Below are positions 1-10,520 of a stretch of DNA of 64,000 bases, one piece after another; positions within the stretch are counted from its first letter, which is position 1, and each line of letters starts with the position of its first letter. The position numbers were made by a program, and so were the translations under genes. The stretch spans positions 2,698 through 66,697 of the forward strand of contig QCQW01000002.1 of assembly GCA_003212055.1 (NCBI GenBank), written 5' to 3'. Below the pieces are notes generated by a model. The model made no database searches and was not told the origin of the DNA. It saw nothing but the letters and a program-made list of their open reading frames with translations. Origin of the DNA: Prochlorococcus sp. AG-459-A02 (GTDB lineage Bacteria > Cyanobacteriota > Cyanobacteriia > PCC-6307 > Cyanobiaceae).

Positions 1-719
1 TATTGAAAAGGTCAGTAGCAAGATAATCATCAAATAAGTTAATAAAACCACGAAATGCTTCTTGAGAGTTTTTCCTTTGAGAGGGTTGATAAAGTATTTC
101 AATCAATTCTCTATCGATATTTTTTCCTGAAGGGTAAGCTTGTTCAAGTATTTTCTTTATAACTTTTCGATTAGCAGCTCTTTTAAAAAGAGTATTGCTA
201 ATTATTCTTTGTCTGACTATAGTTTTAAGGACGGGTCTCAGTAGATTCATTAATATATCACTTTTTTTTTAAACGTTTATCATCCATAGTTCTTTGTGCA
301 CAATCAATCAAAATGAGACCCTTGCATTTATCTTTGAGGATTTCAGCAGCTTTTAATGCAATAACTCCACCAATTGAATTTCCTACCAAGTAAACAGGAG
401 ATTTTATTACCTCTGCACAAAATGTTGATATTTGATTACCCCATAAGTCGAATGAATATTTAATTGAGTTTTCTTTTTCAGTTTCATAATTTAATAAAGC
501 ACTAGGTTGACTGCTTTTTCCAAATCCTAATAAGTCAATTGCGTAGCAGTTGGAAAATTTACCAAGAAAATCTTGATTATGTCTCCAGTGGTTTTTTGAG
601 GCCCCAAATCCATGAACTAATAAAATTTTAATATTTTTTTCAGACGTAGATTCTTTTGATAAAGACCAAGAAATTTCCCAATTTTTCCAATTCCAAGTTT
701 CAGATTTATTTAAAGACAC
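1..719 (-). pseudogene. Alpha/beta-fold hydrolase, frameshifted at an A9 tract (262-270); runs off the window start
   Basis: The ORF has HGFGAS and GNSIGG nucleophile motifs but stops at 258. Removing one A restores an open frame (KKSDILMNLLRPVLKTIVRQ...AFRGFINLFDDYLATDLF) to position 1. May be a sequencing artefact. Confidence 0.75.
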
Positions 720-808
720 TATGAATATGCTTTTAATTAAACTTTAATTCAAAAAAAAATTATTTGTTTTTAATAAATTATTCTTAGTTAAGAAAAAGTG
801 TTCTTTTT

Positions 809-1807
809 ATGAAAAAGAAAAAAGTCATATGTATTGGAGAGGCTTTAATAGACAGAATCAGAAATAAGTCAAATCAAGGATTTACAGATTTTTTGGGTGG
901 TGCGCCGGCTAATGTTGCCTGTGCATTAAGAAAATTAAAAATAGATTCAATATTTATAGGAAGTTTGGGTAGTGATGATTATGGAAAGAAATTTATTACG
1001 CAATTTAATGAATTGGACGTTAATTTAGATTTCTTGCAATTAGATAATGATTCATCTACTCGCGTGGTTAATGTAGATAGAGATCAATTTGGAGATCGTT
1101 TTTTTTCCGGCTTTGAGGAAAGTTCTCATTCATGCTTTGCAGACGAAGTTCTTAGTAAGAAATTAATCGAAAAAGAAAGTTTAAGTTTGGATAAATTTTT
1201 TCTAGAAACAAAATATTTGGTTACTGGAACGATCTTATTATCATCTCCAATATCAGCAGAGACTATTTTTTTTCTTCTTAAACAGGCAAAAAAATTTGCA
1301 GTCAAAATAGTTATTGATTTGAATTGGAGGGAGGTCTTTTGGGATCATTCAAGTTTTTCATCAAAAATTAGTAAAGCCGCGAGAGTTAATTTAATCAAGA
1401 AATTTTTAAATCATGCAAATGTTTTAAAACTTGCTAAGGAAGAAGCGACTTTGTTTTTTGAGGATGAAAATCCCTTGCTAATATCTCAACAATTGTCTAA
1501 TAAACCAGATGTAATAATAACTGATGGAAAAAATCCAATTGCATGGTATATCAATGGATTGCAGGGAATTACCGAAACTCCTACTTCACAAAAAATAATT
1601 GATACAACTGGCGCAGGCGATGCTTTTCTAGCTGGCTTAATTTCAAAATTAATTTCTTCTGGCTATCCTTCTAATGAACTAGAGATAGAAGCTTGCATTA
1701 AGTTCGCAGGTGTTTGTGGATTATTAACTTGTCTTGGTGAAGGCGCCATCGAGCCACAGCCATGTTACGTGAAGGTTAATAAATTTTTGGGATCTTTTAT
1801 TTCGTAA
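809..1807 (+). CDS. PfkB-family carbohydrate kinase (fructokinase-like)
   Basis: GGAPANVA and DTTGAGDAF PfkB signatures. Confidence 0.9.
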   Translation: MKKKKVICIGEALIDRIRNKSNQGFTDFLGGAPANVACALRKLKIDSIFIGSLGSDDYGKKFITQFNELDVNLDFLQLDNDSSTRVVNVDRDQFGDRFFSGFEESSHSCFADEVLSKKLIEKESLSLDKFFLETKYLVTGTILLSSPISAETIFFLLKQAKKFAVKIVIDLNWREVFWDHSSFSSKISKAARVNLIKKFLNHANVLKLAKEEATLFFEDENPLLISQQLSNKPDVIITDGKNPIAWYINGLQGITETPTSQKIIDTTGAGDAFLAGLISKLISSGYPSNELEIEACIKFAGVCGLLTCLGEGAIEPQPCYVKVNKFLGSFIS

Positions 1808-2214
1808 TGCCTTCCATAATTTTTTGCGTAACTAATTTTTATTTTCCAGAAATTATCAACAACTGGTTCTATTAATTCTGGCCATTCAATAATTAAAATA
1901 GCTTGTTTTTGTATTGCCTCTTCTTCTTCTGAAAAAAAAACTTCTTTTGCTGAAGAAACATTTTCTAACCTGTATAAATCAAGGTGAATTAGTGGAATTC
2001 TTCCGGAGTTATAGTGATGCGATAAAGCAAATGTAGGGCTTGTAATGTCATCAGAGATTGATAAGCCTTTAGCAATCCCTTGAACAAATGAAGTTTTCCC
2101 AGCCCCAATTGGACCCTGTAATAGAACAATTGATTGTGGATTTAATTTGTGTGAGAGTTTTTTTCCTAAATTTAAAGTCTCTTTTAAATTCTCAACAAAC
2201 ACAAAACTATACAA
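1765..2214 (-). CDS. tsaE: tRNA threonylcarbamoyladenosine biosynthesis ATPase TsaE (true start possibly GTG at 2202)
   Basis: GPIGAGKT P-loop, SPTF, HLDLYRL, IEWPE motifs. Confidence 0.93.
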   Translation of the reverse strand: MYSFVFVENLKETLNLGKKLSHKLNPQSIVLLQGPIGAGKTSFVQGIAKGLSISDDITSPTFALSHHYNSGRIPLIHLDLYRLENVSSAKEVFFSEEEEAIQKQAILIIEWPELIEPVVDNFWKIKISYAKNYGRHYEIKDPKNLLTFT

Positions 2215-2253
2215 TAATCATTTATAGTTTAATAAAGAAAGTATTTACTAGAT

Positions 2254-3672
2254 ATGGTTATCGCAAATTCAGTTAAAACCTCAACACCTAATTACATAAT
2301 TTCCGATATCTCTTTATCAGATTTTGGTCGTAAAGAAATTAAAATTGCCGAAACAGAAATGCCTGGATTAATGGCACTTAGAGATAAATATCAATCTGAA
2401 AAGCCCCTAAAGGGTGCAAAAATAGCTGGAAGTCTTCATATGACTATTCAGACAGCAGTCTTAATAGAAACTCTTGTCGATCTTGGCGCAGAAGTGAAAT
2501 GGGCTTCATGCAATATTTTTTCAACTCAAGATCATGCGGCTGCAGCTATAGCAGATCATGGCATTTCTGTATATGCAAAAAAAGGTGAGACTCTTGATGA
2601 GTATTGGCAATATACCCACTATATCCTTGATTGGGGTTCAGACTCTCCAAATATGATTCTTGATGATGGTGGAGATGCAACTGGTTTATTGATACTTGGT
2701 AGTAAAGCAGAAAAAGATTTATCTGTTTTAGATAATCCCGATAATGAAGAAGAAATTGCTTTATTTAATTCTATTAAGTCTAAGTTAGAAAATGACAGTG
2801 ACTTCTATTCTAGAATTAAGAGTAATATTATTGGCGTCACTGAAGAAACTACAACCGGAGTTGCAAGACTTTATCAACTGCAAAAGCAAAATGCCTTACC
2901 TTTTCCTGCTATCAACGTTAATGATTCTGTAACTAAGAGCAAATTTGATAATTTATATGGCTGCCGAGAATCTCTAGTTGACAGCATAAAGCGTGCTACT
3001 GATGTGATGATTGCTGGGAAGGTCGCTTTAGTAATGGGTTTTGGAGATGTAGGTAAAGGTTCAGCACAGTCTCTAAGAGGACTTGGTGCAATTGTAAAAG
3101 TTGCTGAAGTTGATCCAATTTGTGCTCTTCAAGCGGCAATGGAGGGTTTTAGCGTTGTTACATTAGACGATGTTGTGGAAGACATAGATATATTTGTTAC
3201 AGCAACTGGGAACTATCAGGTAATAACAAACAAAAATCTTGTCAAGATGAAAGATGAGGCCATAGTCTGTAATATCGGACATTTCGATAATGAAATTGAT
3301 GTTGCTTCATTGAGAGATTATCCATGGGAAAATATTAAGCCGCAGGTTGATCACATAACTTTACCAAGTGGCAATAAAATAATTCTTTTAGCTGAAGGTA
3401 GATTAGTTAACTTAGGTTGTGCAACAGGACATCCAAGTTTTGTTATGAGTAATTCTTTTACTAATCAAGTACTAGCTCAAATTGAACTTTTCAATAAATC
3501 AGAAAAATATGCTAAGGAGGTTTATGTTTTACCAAAACATTTAGATGAAATGGTAGCTAGATTACATCTTGATAAAATTGGTGCAAAATTAACAAAATTA
3601 ACTAAGAAACAAGCTGATTATATCAATGTATCCGTCGAAGGACCTTATAAACCAGAGCTTTATAGATACTAA
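2254..3672 (+). CDS. ahcY: Adenosylhomocysteinase
   Basis: [42 protein letters not shown]. Confidence 0.98.
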   Translation: MVIANSVKTSTPNYIISDISLSDFGRKEIKIAETEMPGLMALRDKYQSEKPLKGAKIAGSLHMTIQTAVLIETLVDLGAEVKWASCNIFSTQDHAAAAIADHGISVYAKKGETLDEYWQYTHYILDWGSDSPNMILDDGGDATGLLILGSKAEKDLSVLDNPDNEEEIALFNSIKSKLENDSDFYSRIKSNIIGVTEETTTGVARLYQLQKQNALPFPAINVNDSVTKSKFDNLYGCRESLVDSIKRATDVMIAGKVALVMGFGDVGKGSAQSLRGLGAIVKVAEVDPICALQAAMEGFSVVTLDDVVEDIDIFVTATGNYQVITNKNLVKMKDEAIVCNIGHFDNEIDVASLRDYPWENIKPQVDHITLPSGNKIILLAEGRLVNLGCATGHPSFVMSNSFTNQVLAQIELFNKSEKYAKEVYVLPKHLDEMVARLHLDKIGAKLTKLTKKQADYINVSVEGPYKPELYRY

Positions 3673-3674
3673 GT

Positions 3675-4334
3675 TTGAGCTTAATTTTTGTTAATTTTCT
3701 TACTTCAATCCCCGACTATATCAATTTGGCTGTTGAAAAGAATTCAACAATTGCATACCTCACTATTTGTTTGGCTATGTTTTTAGAAAACATAATACCT
3801 CCAATTCCTTCGGAAATAATAATGCCATTAGGAGGGTTTTTCGTTTATCAACAAAAATTAAATTTCTATATTTTAGTCTTTTGGGGATTAATTGGAACTA
3901 TTTTGGGATCATTGCCTTGGTATTATTTAGGTAGATTAGTAAATGAAAAAAGACTTTCAAATTTTCTAGATAATCAAGGAAAATATTTTGGTATCTCTTC
4001 TAATGATTTAAGTAAAAGTAAAAAGTGGTTTGATAAATACGGGGTTTCTTTAGTTTTTTGGGGCCGATTAGTACCAGGTATAAGAACCTTAATTTCAGTT
4101 CCCGCAGGCATAGAACTTATGCCATTAAAAAAATTTTTGATTTGGACTACATTTGGGAGCTTGATTTGGGTAGCACTTCTAACTTATGCAGGTTATTTAT
4201 TTGGTGAAAATTATCCAATCATTGAAACTTACTTAGATCAAATCAAATATGTTGTAAAGCCAATTTTAATTTTAATTTTCTTATATTTTTTTATACGAAT
4301 ACTTATTAGATTTTTCAAAAAAAATAGATCTTAA
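3675..4334 (+). CDS. DedA-family membrane protein
   Basis: LENIIPPIPSE, GRLVPGIRTLISVPAG; hydrophobic; TTG start. Confidence 0.92.
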   Translation: MSLIFVNFLTSIPDYINLAVEKNSTIAYLTICLAMFLENIIPPIPSEIIMPLGGFFVYQQKLNFYILVFWGLIGTILGSLPWYYLGRLVNEKRLSNFLDNQGKYFGISSNDLSKSKKWFDKYGVSLVFWGRLVPGIRTLISVPAGIELMPLKKFLIWTTFGSLIWVALLTYAGYLFGENYPIIETYLDQIKYVVKPILILIFLYFFIRILIRFFKKNRS

Positions 4335-4702
4335 AAAGGAATTTGACTGGAGTTACCACTATTAGAATATTGGTTATTATCAGACTCTTTTCGGGAGCCT
4401 AGTAAGTTTAACCTATCTACCCTAACAACTGGTTTATATCTATCTTCCCCAGTATTTTTATCTTTCCAACTATCAATTTTAAAGCTTCCTGTAATTCCAA
4501 TTAAGGATCCTTTTTTAATGTAATCTGCGGCTATTTGTGCTTGCTTGCCCCATATTTCTAAATTAAACCAGTCGGGCTCTTCATCTCTACTTCTTCTATT
4601 AACTGCAAGTGTGAAATTTGCTACGATACTGCCAGATTCAAAATATCTGACATCTGGTTCTCTTCCTGCTCTGCCAACTAGGTTAATAGTGTTAATTTCC
4701 AT
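4331..4702 (-). CDS. ssb: Single-stranded DNA-binding protein
   Basis: LVGRAGREP, WFNLEIWGKQA, C-terminal IPF tail. Confidence 0.95.
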   Translation of the reverse strand: MEINTINLVGRAGREPDVRYFESGSIVANFTLAVNRRSRDEEPDWFNLEIWGKQAQIAADYIKKGSLIGITGSFKIDSWKDKNTGEDRYKPVVRVDRLNLLGSRKESDNNQYSNSGNSSQIPF

Positions 4703-4836
4703 AATTTTTTTTTTTTTTAATACTACTCATATTTCCAGTTTCTGCTCAAAGTTTTGCGTGCTATTCATAACTAAACGACAGAATTCTGAGAGCTTACTAA
4801 AAAATAGATATATTATTTATAAAAAGAATTCTTATT

Positions 4837-5889
4837 GTGATTTTTAACAGATTTAAATTTTCTAGAGATATTGGTATTGATTTGGGAACAGCCAATACTC
4901 TGATACACGTATCAGGAAAGGGAGTTGTTTTACAAGAGCCTTCTGTTGTAGCTATGGATTTAGAAGAAGGCATTCCACTAGCTGTTGGTAAAGAAGCAAA
5001 ATTAATGCTTGGAAGGACCCCTGGCAATATAAGAGCTGTGAGACCACTAAGGGATGGGGTGATCGCAGATTTTGATGCCGCAGAACAAATGATAAAAACA
5101 TTTATTCAAAAATGTAACGAAGGCAAGGGAATAGTAGCGCCAAGAATAGTGATTGGTATCCCAAGTGGAGTTACTAGTGTTGAGCGAAGAGCAGTAAGAG
5201 AAGCTGGATTAGCTGGAGCTAGAGAAGTTCATTTAATTGATGAACCTGTTGCAGCAGCAATAGGCGCATCATTACCAGTAACTGAGCCAATTGGAACTAT
5301 GATTGTCGATATTGGTGGAGGTACTACTGAAGTTGCAGTATTAAGTTTAGGTGGCACCGTATTGAGTGAATCTGTTCGAATAGCTGGGGATGAAATAAAT
5401 GAGTCAATTGCGCTATATCTTAAAAAAGTTCACAACTTAGTTGTTGGAGAGAGAACTGCAGAAGATATCAAGATTAAAATTGGATCTGCATTTCCAGATG
5501 ATGATTTTGATAAAACTACTTTAGAGGTTAGGGGCCTACACCTTTTATCTGGTCTACCTAGGTCAGTCACTTTGACATCAGGAGAAATAAGAGAAGCCAT
5601 GGCTGAAACACTTAGCAAAATAGTAGAAGCTGTAAAAAGAACTTTAGAGCGAACCCCCCCTGAACTTGCTGCAGACATTGTTGATAGAGGGATAATGCTT
5701 GCAGGAGGTGGAGCTTTAGTAAGAGGCATTAATGATTTATTAAGCGATGAAACAGGAATTTTTACTCACATAGCAGAAAATCCATTGCTTTGCGTAGTTA
5801 ATGGTTGTGGAGAGGTTTTGGATGATTTTAAAAAACTGAAAAGAGTTGTTGACACTCCTGAATTTATAAGGAATGCCATAAGAGATTAA
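4837..5889 (+). CDS. mreB: Rod shape-determining protein MreB
   Basis: [28 protein letters not shown]; GTG start. Confidence 0.97.
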   Translation: MIFNRFKFSRDIGIDLGTANTLIHVSGKGVVLQEPSVVAMDLEEGIPLAVGKEAKLMLGRTPGNIRAVRPLRDGVIADFDAAEQMIKTFIQKCNEGKGIVAPRIVIGIPSGVTSVERRAVREAGLAGAREVHLIDEPVAAAIGASLPVTEPIGTMIVDIGGGTTEVAVLSLGGTVLSESVRIAGDEINESIALYLKKVHNLVVGERTAEDIKIKIGSAFPDDDFDKTTLEVRGLHLLSGLPRSVTLTSGEIREAMAETLSKIVEAVKRTLERTPPELAADIVDRGIMLAGGGALVRGINDLLSDETGIFTHIAENPLLCVVNGCGEVLDDFKKLKRVVDTPEFIRNAIRD

Positions 5890-5893
5890 TATT

Positions 5894-6640
5894 ATGTTAG
5901 GTATCCGACGAATATCTACTAATCGTTGGTATAAAAAGAAAAATTGGATACTGTTTGCAATTTTTTTGTTTTTAGTTTTTGTAAGGATATCAAAAGGATC
6001 TTTTTATAAGGATTTGTATTATTTTATTTCAAAGCCTTTTTGGCCTGGTCAATTTCAAAAAGAAATACTTCTTGAGAGTATAGACCAAGAATATTTAATA
6101 AAGTTAAATCTTCTTAAAAAAGATAATCTAAGATTGCGGCAAATCTTATCTCTTCAAGAATCATCTAATAACGAAAATATTTCAGCTGTAGTTATTTCTA
6201 GAAAAACAGGTAGTTGGTGGAGACAAATTATTTTAAATAAAGGTTCTAAGGATGGAGTAGAAATTGGTAATATTGTGGTTGGTCCGGGCGGATTATTAGG
6301 AAGAGTAAAGAATACTTCTTTATTCACTTCGTCGGTAACTTTAGTAACTTCTCCAGAAAGTAAGTTAGGCGTTTGGGTGGATAGAATTCAAATTAATGGA
6401 TTACTGGTCGGTTTAGGAGATGATTATCCGAGCCTAATACTTTATTCCAAAGATGCTGATATTAAAGTCGGAGATTTTGTATCATCATCTCCTGCTAGTA
6501 CGTTATTACCTTCAAATATTCCTATTGGGATTGTCCAATCTATAGATGAGACATTGAAATCAAAAAAAACAGCAAAAATTTCACTTTTGGCAAAACCTCA
6601 TGTAATTGATTGGGTACAAATTTTAAAAGTAAATATTTAA
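5894..6640 (+). CDS. mreC: Rod shape-determining protein MreC
   Basis: N-terminal TM segment, LNKGSKDGV, GLLGRV, PIGIV; follows mreB. Confidence 0.9.
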   Translation: MLGIRRISTNRWYKKKNWILFAIFLFLVFVRISKGSFYKDLYYFISKPFWPGQFQKEILLESIDQEYLIKLNLLKKDNLRLRQILSLQESSNNENISAVVISRKTGSWWRQIILNKGSKDGVEIGNIVVGPGGLLGRVKNTSLFTSSVTLVTSPESKLGVWVDRIQINGLLVGLGDDYPSLILYSKDADIKVGDFVSSSPASTLLPSNIPIGIVQSIDETLKSKKTAKISLLAKPHVIDWVQILKVNI

Positions 6641-7158
6641 TGAATAAATTTTTTTTTAAAAAATTATCTATAGTAAGTTTTATTTTTATCCCAATTATTT
6701 TTTTGTGGCACCCTAACTGGATTGGATTTTTTGGTGTTCAGCCATATTGGCCATTATTTTGGTTATTACCTTGGTCAATGATTAATGGATCAATCAATGG
6801 ATTAATATTTGGTTTGTTTTTAGGTCTAATTTTAGATTCTCTAACTTTAGATGATAGTTTTACTCAAATACCAGGCTTAATTTTTTGTGGGTTTTTGTTT
6901 GGGAGAATTAAATTTCATAGTGATATTCTGGTGGGACATTTTAGGTATGGTTTAATTTGTTCTTTTGGAAGTTTTTTATGTGGGAGTCTTTATTTTTTAC
7001 AAATTTTGTTTAGAAATTTTACAGATAGTAATTTTTTGATATTAATTCCCAGTTTTAAAAATATCTTAGCTGAAGTTTTTTTGACAGGTTTTTTTGCCCC
7101 CTTTTTTTGCTCCCAACTTTTAAGAATGTTTAAATTTTCAGGAAGAAAATTGCAGTAA
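6640..7158 (+). CDS. mreD: Rod shape-determining protein MreD (start taken at ATG 6640, overlapping the mreC stop)
   Basis: Highly hydrophobic, GLFLGLILDSL, third gene after mreBC. Confidence 0.8.
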   Translation: MNKFFFKKLSIVSFIFIPIIFLWHPNWIGFFGVQPYWPLFWLLPWSMINGSINGLIFGLFLGLILDSLTLDDSFTQIPGLIFCGFLFGRIKFHSDILVGHFRYGLICSFGSFLCGSLYFLQILFRNFTDSNFLILIPSFKNILAEVFLTGFFAPFFCSQLLRMFKFSGRKLQ

Positions 7159-7337
7159 TAAATTTTTCCTAGAATTTAAAGTGTTTGAAAAAATTTTTTA
7201 TCTTCAAATTATTTAAAAAATTTGTAAACCTTAGGAATATCTCTTTGAGGGTTCGTAATGTTATATTTTTAATTGTTAGAATAAACATTCAATGCAATAG
7301 TTCTTTGCTTTGAAATATCGAGAAATCTTTTTTAACT

Positions 7338-8084
7338 ATGTCAAAAGCAAGAATTTTAGTTGTTGATGATGAACCAGCAGTTTTGAAGGTATTAGTTACA
7401 AGGCTTCAACTAGCTGGATATCAAGTTTATTCAGCCACTAACGGAGAAGAAGCTCTTGAGTCATTTCACAGGGATTCTCCAGATTTGATAGTTCTTGATG
7501 TTATGCTTCCAAAAATGGACGGATTTGCTGTTTGTAGAAGAATTAGAGCTGAATCAGTAGTACCAATAATATTCTTAACTGCTCTAGAAGCTATTTCAGA
7601 AAGAGTTGCAGGTTTGGATTTAGGGGCTGATGATTACTTATCAAAACCATTTAGCCCAAAAGAGTTAGAAGCTAGAATAGCTACTATTTTGAGAAGAATG
7701 GGCCCAACTGTATCAGTTACTGAAACTAAAGAAGTGCCCTCAGGCAAAGGAGTTATGAAATTTGGAAGTTTAGTTGTTGATACAAATCGCAGGCAAGTCT
7801 CTAGAGCAGGAGATAGAATTAGCCTAACGTATACTGAATTTAGCCTCCTCGAATTATTGTTTGACGAGCCTGGTAAGGTTTTCCCTCGAGCAGAAATTTT
7901 AGAACAGCTATGGGGTTATCCTCCTCGTAGAGCTGCAGACTTAAGAGTTGTAGATGTATATGTAGCTAGATTAAGAGGTAAATTGGAACCAGATCCAAGA
8001 AATCCAGAATTAATACTAACTGTTCGAGGGATTGGTTATGCATCGCAAAGAGTTGGCGAAACAGCAACAACTTTGGCAAGTTGA
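7338..8084 (+). CDS. OmpR-family response regulator of the RpaB/SrrA group (probably the SrrA paralogue)
   Basis: VVDDE, LDVMLP, KPFSPKELEARI, RVVDVYVARLRGKLEPDPRNPELILTVRGIGY; paralogue assignment is inferred from position next to lysS. Confidence 0.88.
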   Translation: MSKARILVVDDEPAVLKVLVTRLQLAGYQVYSATNGEEALESFHRDSPDLIVLDVMLPKMDGFAVCRRIRAESVVPIIFLTALEAISERVAGLDLGADDYLSKPFSPKELEARIATILRRMGPTVSVTETKEVPSGKGVMKFGSLVVDTNRRQVSRAGDRISLTYTEFSLLELLFDEPGKVFPRAEILEQLWGYPPRRAADLRVVDVYVARLRGKLEPDPRNPELILTVRGIGYASQRVGETATTLAS

Positions 8085-8133
8085 ACCATAGTCTGATAAT
8101 TTTATTAAATAAAACAAATATATTAAATAAATT

Positions 8134-9672
8134 TTGTCTGAAATAAAAGAAGCACGCTTACAAAAAGCTAATTCACTCGTTAGTAAAGGATTTGCTTCTT
8201 ATGCACAGAGTTTTAATATTTCACATACTACTAAATTTCTTACTCAAAAATTTGATTTTTTAGAGAATGGTCAAGAGGAAGATTTCAGTGTTTCTATTGC
8301 TGGTAGAGTGATGGCCAAAAGGGTAATGGGCAAAATTGCCTTTTTCACGATAAGCGATCAAGAAGGTCAGATTCAGCTTTATCTGGATAAAAAGATTATT
8401 AATTTAAATTTAGAAGAACAAAAATTACTTTCTTTTGAAGATATCAAGGAAATGGTAGATATTGGTGATTGGATAGGCGTCTTTGGAACTATTAAAAAAA
8501 CTAATAAAGGTGAGCTTTCAATTAAAGTTGAAAAATGGGAAATGTTATCCAAATCATTACAACCTTTACCAGATAAATGGCATGGATTGACTGATATTGA
8601 AAAAAGATATAGACAACGTTATTTAGATTTAATAGTGAATCCTCACTCTAGAAATGTATTTAAAAAAAGAGCAAAATGTATAAGTTTTATAAGAAAATGG
8701 CTGGATAATAGGAATTTTTTAGAGATAGAGACTCCAATTCTGCAATCTGAAGCTGGTGGTGCTGAAGCAAGACCATTTATAACTCATCACAATACATTAG
8801 ATATTCCGCTATATCTAAGAATAGCTACAGAATTACATTTAAAAAGAATGGTTGTTGGAGGATTTGAGAAAGTATACGAATTGGGAAGAATCTTCCGTAA
8901 TGAGGGAATAAGTACAAGGCATAATCCAGAATTCACTTCAGTCGAAATTTATCAAGCTTTTTCTGACTATATCGATATGATGAATTTGACAGAAGAATTG
9001 ATTAAAGATGTTCTGTATGATACATGTGGATCTTTAACTATAAATTATCAAAATAAAGAAATTGATTTTTCTAAACCTTGGACAAGAATTTCGATGAAAG
9101 ATATTGTCAAAAAATATACAGGTATTGATTTTGATTCTTTCAGTGGAGACTTTCAAGCAGCAAAACAAGCAGTTGAAAGTATAAATGTTGATTTATCTAA
9201 TAAAGTTAATACTATGGGAAGACTTTTAAATGAGGTCTTTGAGCAAAAAGTAGAATCAAAACTTATAGAACCCACTTTTGTTATCGATTACCCTATTGAA
9301 ATTTCTCCTTTAGCGAGGCCTCATCTTGATAATAAAGAAATGGTTCAGAGATTTGAATTATTCATTGTTGGTAGAGAGTTAGCAAATGCATTTAGTGAGT
9401 TGATAGATCCAGTAGATCAAAGAGAAAGAATGCAATTACAGCAATCTCTTAGAGATGAAGGAGATCTTGAAGCTCACTGCATAGATGAAGATTTCTTGAA
9501 TGCCTTAGAGATTGGTATGCCGCCTACTGGAGGATTAGGCATAGGTATTGATAGGCTAATTATGTTAATTACTAATAGTGCATCAATTAGAGATGTAATT
9601 CCCTTTCCATTGTTAAAACCAGAAATAACTTCCAAAAAAAATGAAAAACTACCCTTGAATGAAGTAAAATAA
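8134..9672 (+). CDS. lysS: Lysine--tRNA ligase (class II)
   Basis: [40 protein letters not shown]. Confidence 0.98.
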   Translation: MSEIKEARLQKANSLVSKGFASYAQSFNISHTTKFLTQKFDFLENGQEEDFSVSIAGRVMAKRVMGKIAFFTISDQEGQIQLYLDKKIINLNLEEQKLLSFEDIKEMVDIGDWIGVFGTIKKTNKGELSIKVEKWEMLSKSLQPLPDKWHGLTDIEKRYRQRYLDLIVNPHSRNVFKKRAKCISFIRKWLDNRNFLEIETPILQSEAGGAEARPFITHHNTLDIPLYLRIATELHLKRMVVGGFEKVYELGRIFRNEGISTRHNPEFTSVEIYQAFSDYIDMMNLTEELIKDVLYDTCGSLTINYQNKEIDFSKPWTRISMKDIVKKYTGIDFDSFSGDFQAAKQAVESINVDLSNKVNTMGRLLNEVFEQKVESKLIEPTFVIDYPIEISPLARPHLDNKEMVQRFELFIVGRELANAFSELIDPVDQRERMQLQQSLRDEGDLEAHCIDEDFLNALEIGMPPTGGLGIGIDRLIMLITNSASIRDVIPFPLLKPEITSKKNEKLPLNEVK

Positions 9673-9700
9673 ATAAATTATTCCAATACGAAATTTTTAA

Positions 9701-9949
9701 ATGAGTGGTGAACGTGTTGGTTTCCGTTTTAAACACGCGGATGCAGTAGTAAAAAGAAATCCTCAAGGCCGATCAAGAAGAGGATGGGTTATTGAACCAG
9801 TTGAGCAAACGACAAGTAGAGGTACAAAAATGCCTGCATACAAAATTCGATGGAGAGATAGTGAGAGGCCTGAAACTGTCTTACAGCATATGTTAATTGC
9901 AGATCCAGATCCTTCTCCACCTCCTACCTCAGTCAGTTTAGATTCATAA
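9701..9949 (+). CDS. Small conserved hypothetical protein
   Basis: 82-aa ATG ORF filling the lysS-smpB gap, with protein-like composition. Confidence 0.8.
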   Translation: MSGERVGFRFKHADAVVKRNPQGRSRRGWVIEPVEQTTSRGTKMPAYKIRWRDSERPETVLQHMLIADPDPSPPPTSVSLDS

Positions 9950-9973
9950 TTTTAATAAGTCTGAATAATATTT

Positions 9974-10468
9974 TTATCTTTTTAGTGCAGAGCTAATTTC
10001 TTTTTTTATACTTTTTTGTTTTTCATCTTGGCGTTTGTCGTGTAAATTTTTTCCTTTTCCGACTCCGATAGTTAGTTTTATCCATGAACCTTTTAAGTAA
10101 AGAGATAATGGAACAATAGTCATTCCTTTTTTTTCAGTATTGGATTTCATTTTTATTATTTCTTTTTTATGTAGTAGCAACTTTCTATTTCTTAATGGAT
10201 CATGATTAAAGAAAGACCCCACATTTTTATGTGGTGAAATGTGAACATTTAATAATAAGATCTCACCATCTCTAAATGAACAGTACCCATCTCTTAAATT
10301 TGCTTTTCCGTTTCTGATGGACTTTACTTCAGTACCTAAAAGCTCAATTCCAGCTTCGATTGTTTCAGATATTGCATATTGAAATTTTGCATATCTATTT
10401 TCAGCTAGAAGTTTAAAATTAATTTCTTTATTAGTATTTTTTTTTACTTTGTTTGAATTTTTTGCCAT
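9974..10468 (-). CDS. smpB: SsrA-binding protein
   Basis: [35 protein letters not shown]. Confidence 0.97.
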   Translation of the reverse strand: MAKNSNKVKKNTNKEINFKLLAENRYAKFQYAISETIEAGIELLGTEVKSIRNGKANLRDGYCSFRDGEILLLNVHISPHKNVGSFFNHDPLRNRKLLLHKKEIIKMKSNTEKKGMTIVPLSLYLKGSWIKLTIGVGKGKNLHDKRQDEKQKSIKKEISSALKR

Positions 10469-10520
10469 TTTAGTTGTAAAAAATCTTTCTACTCAGAACA
10501 ATTGCAATTAACCTTTCATT

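Noticed and set aside
7159-7337. Possible HLR1 (RpaB-binding) repeat upstream of the response regulator
   Set aside because: Only single half-sites (e.g. TTTGTAAA) are visible, with no convincing direct-repeat pair.
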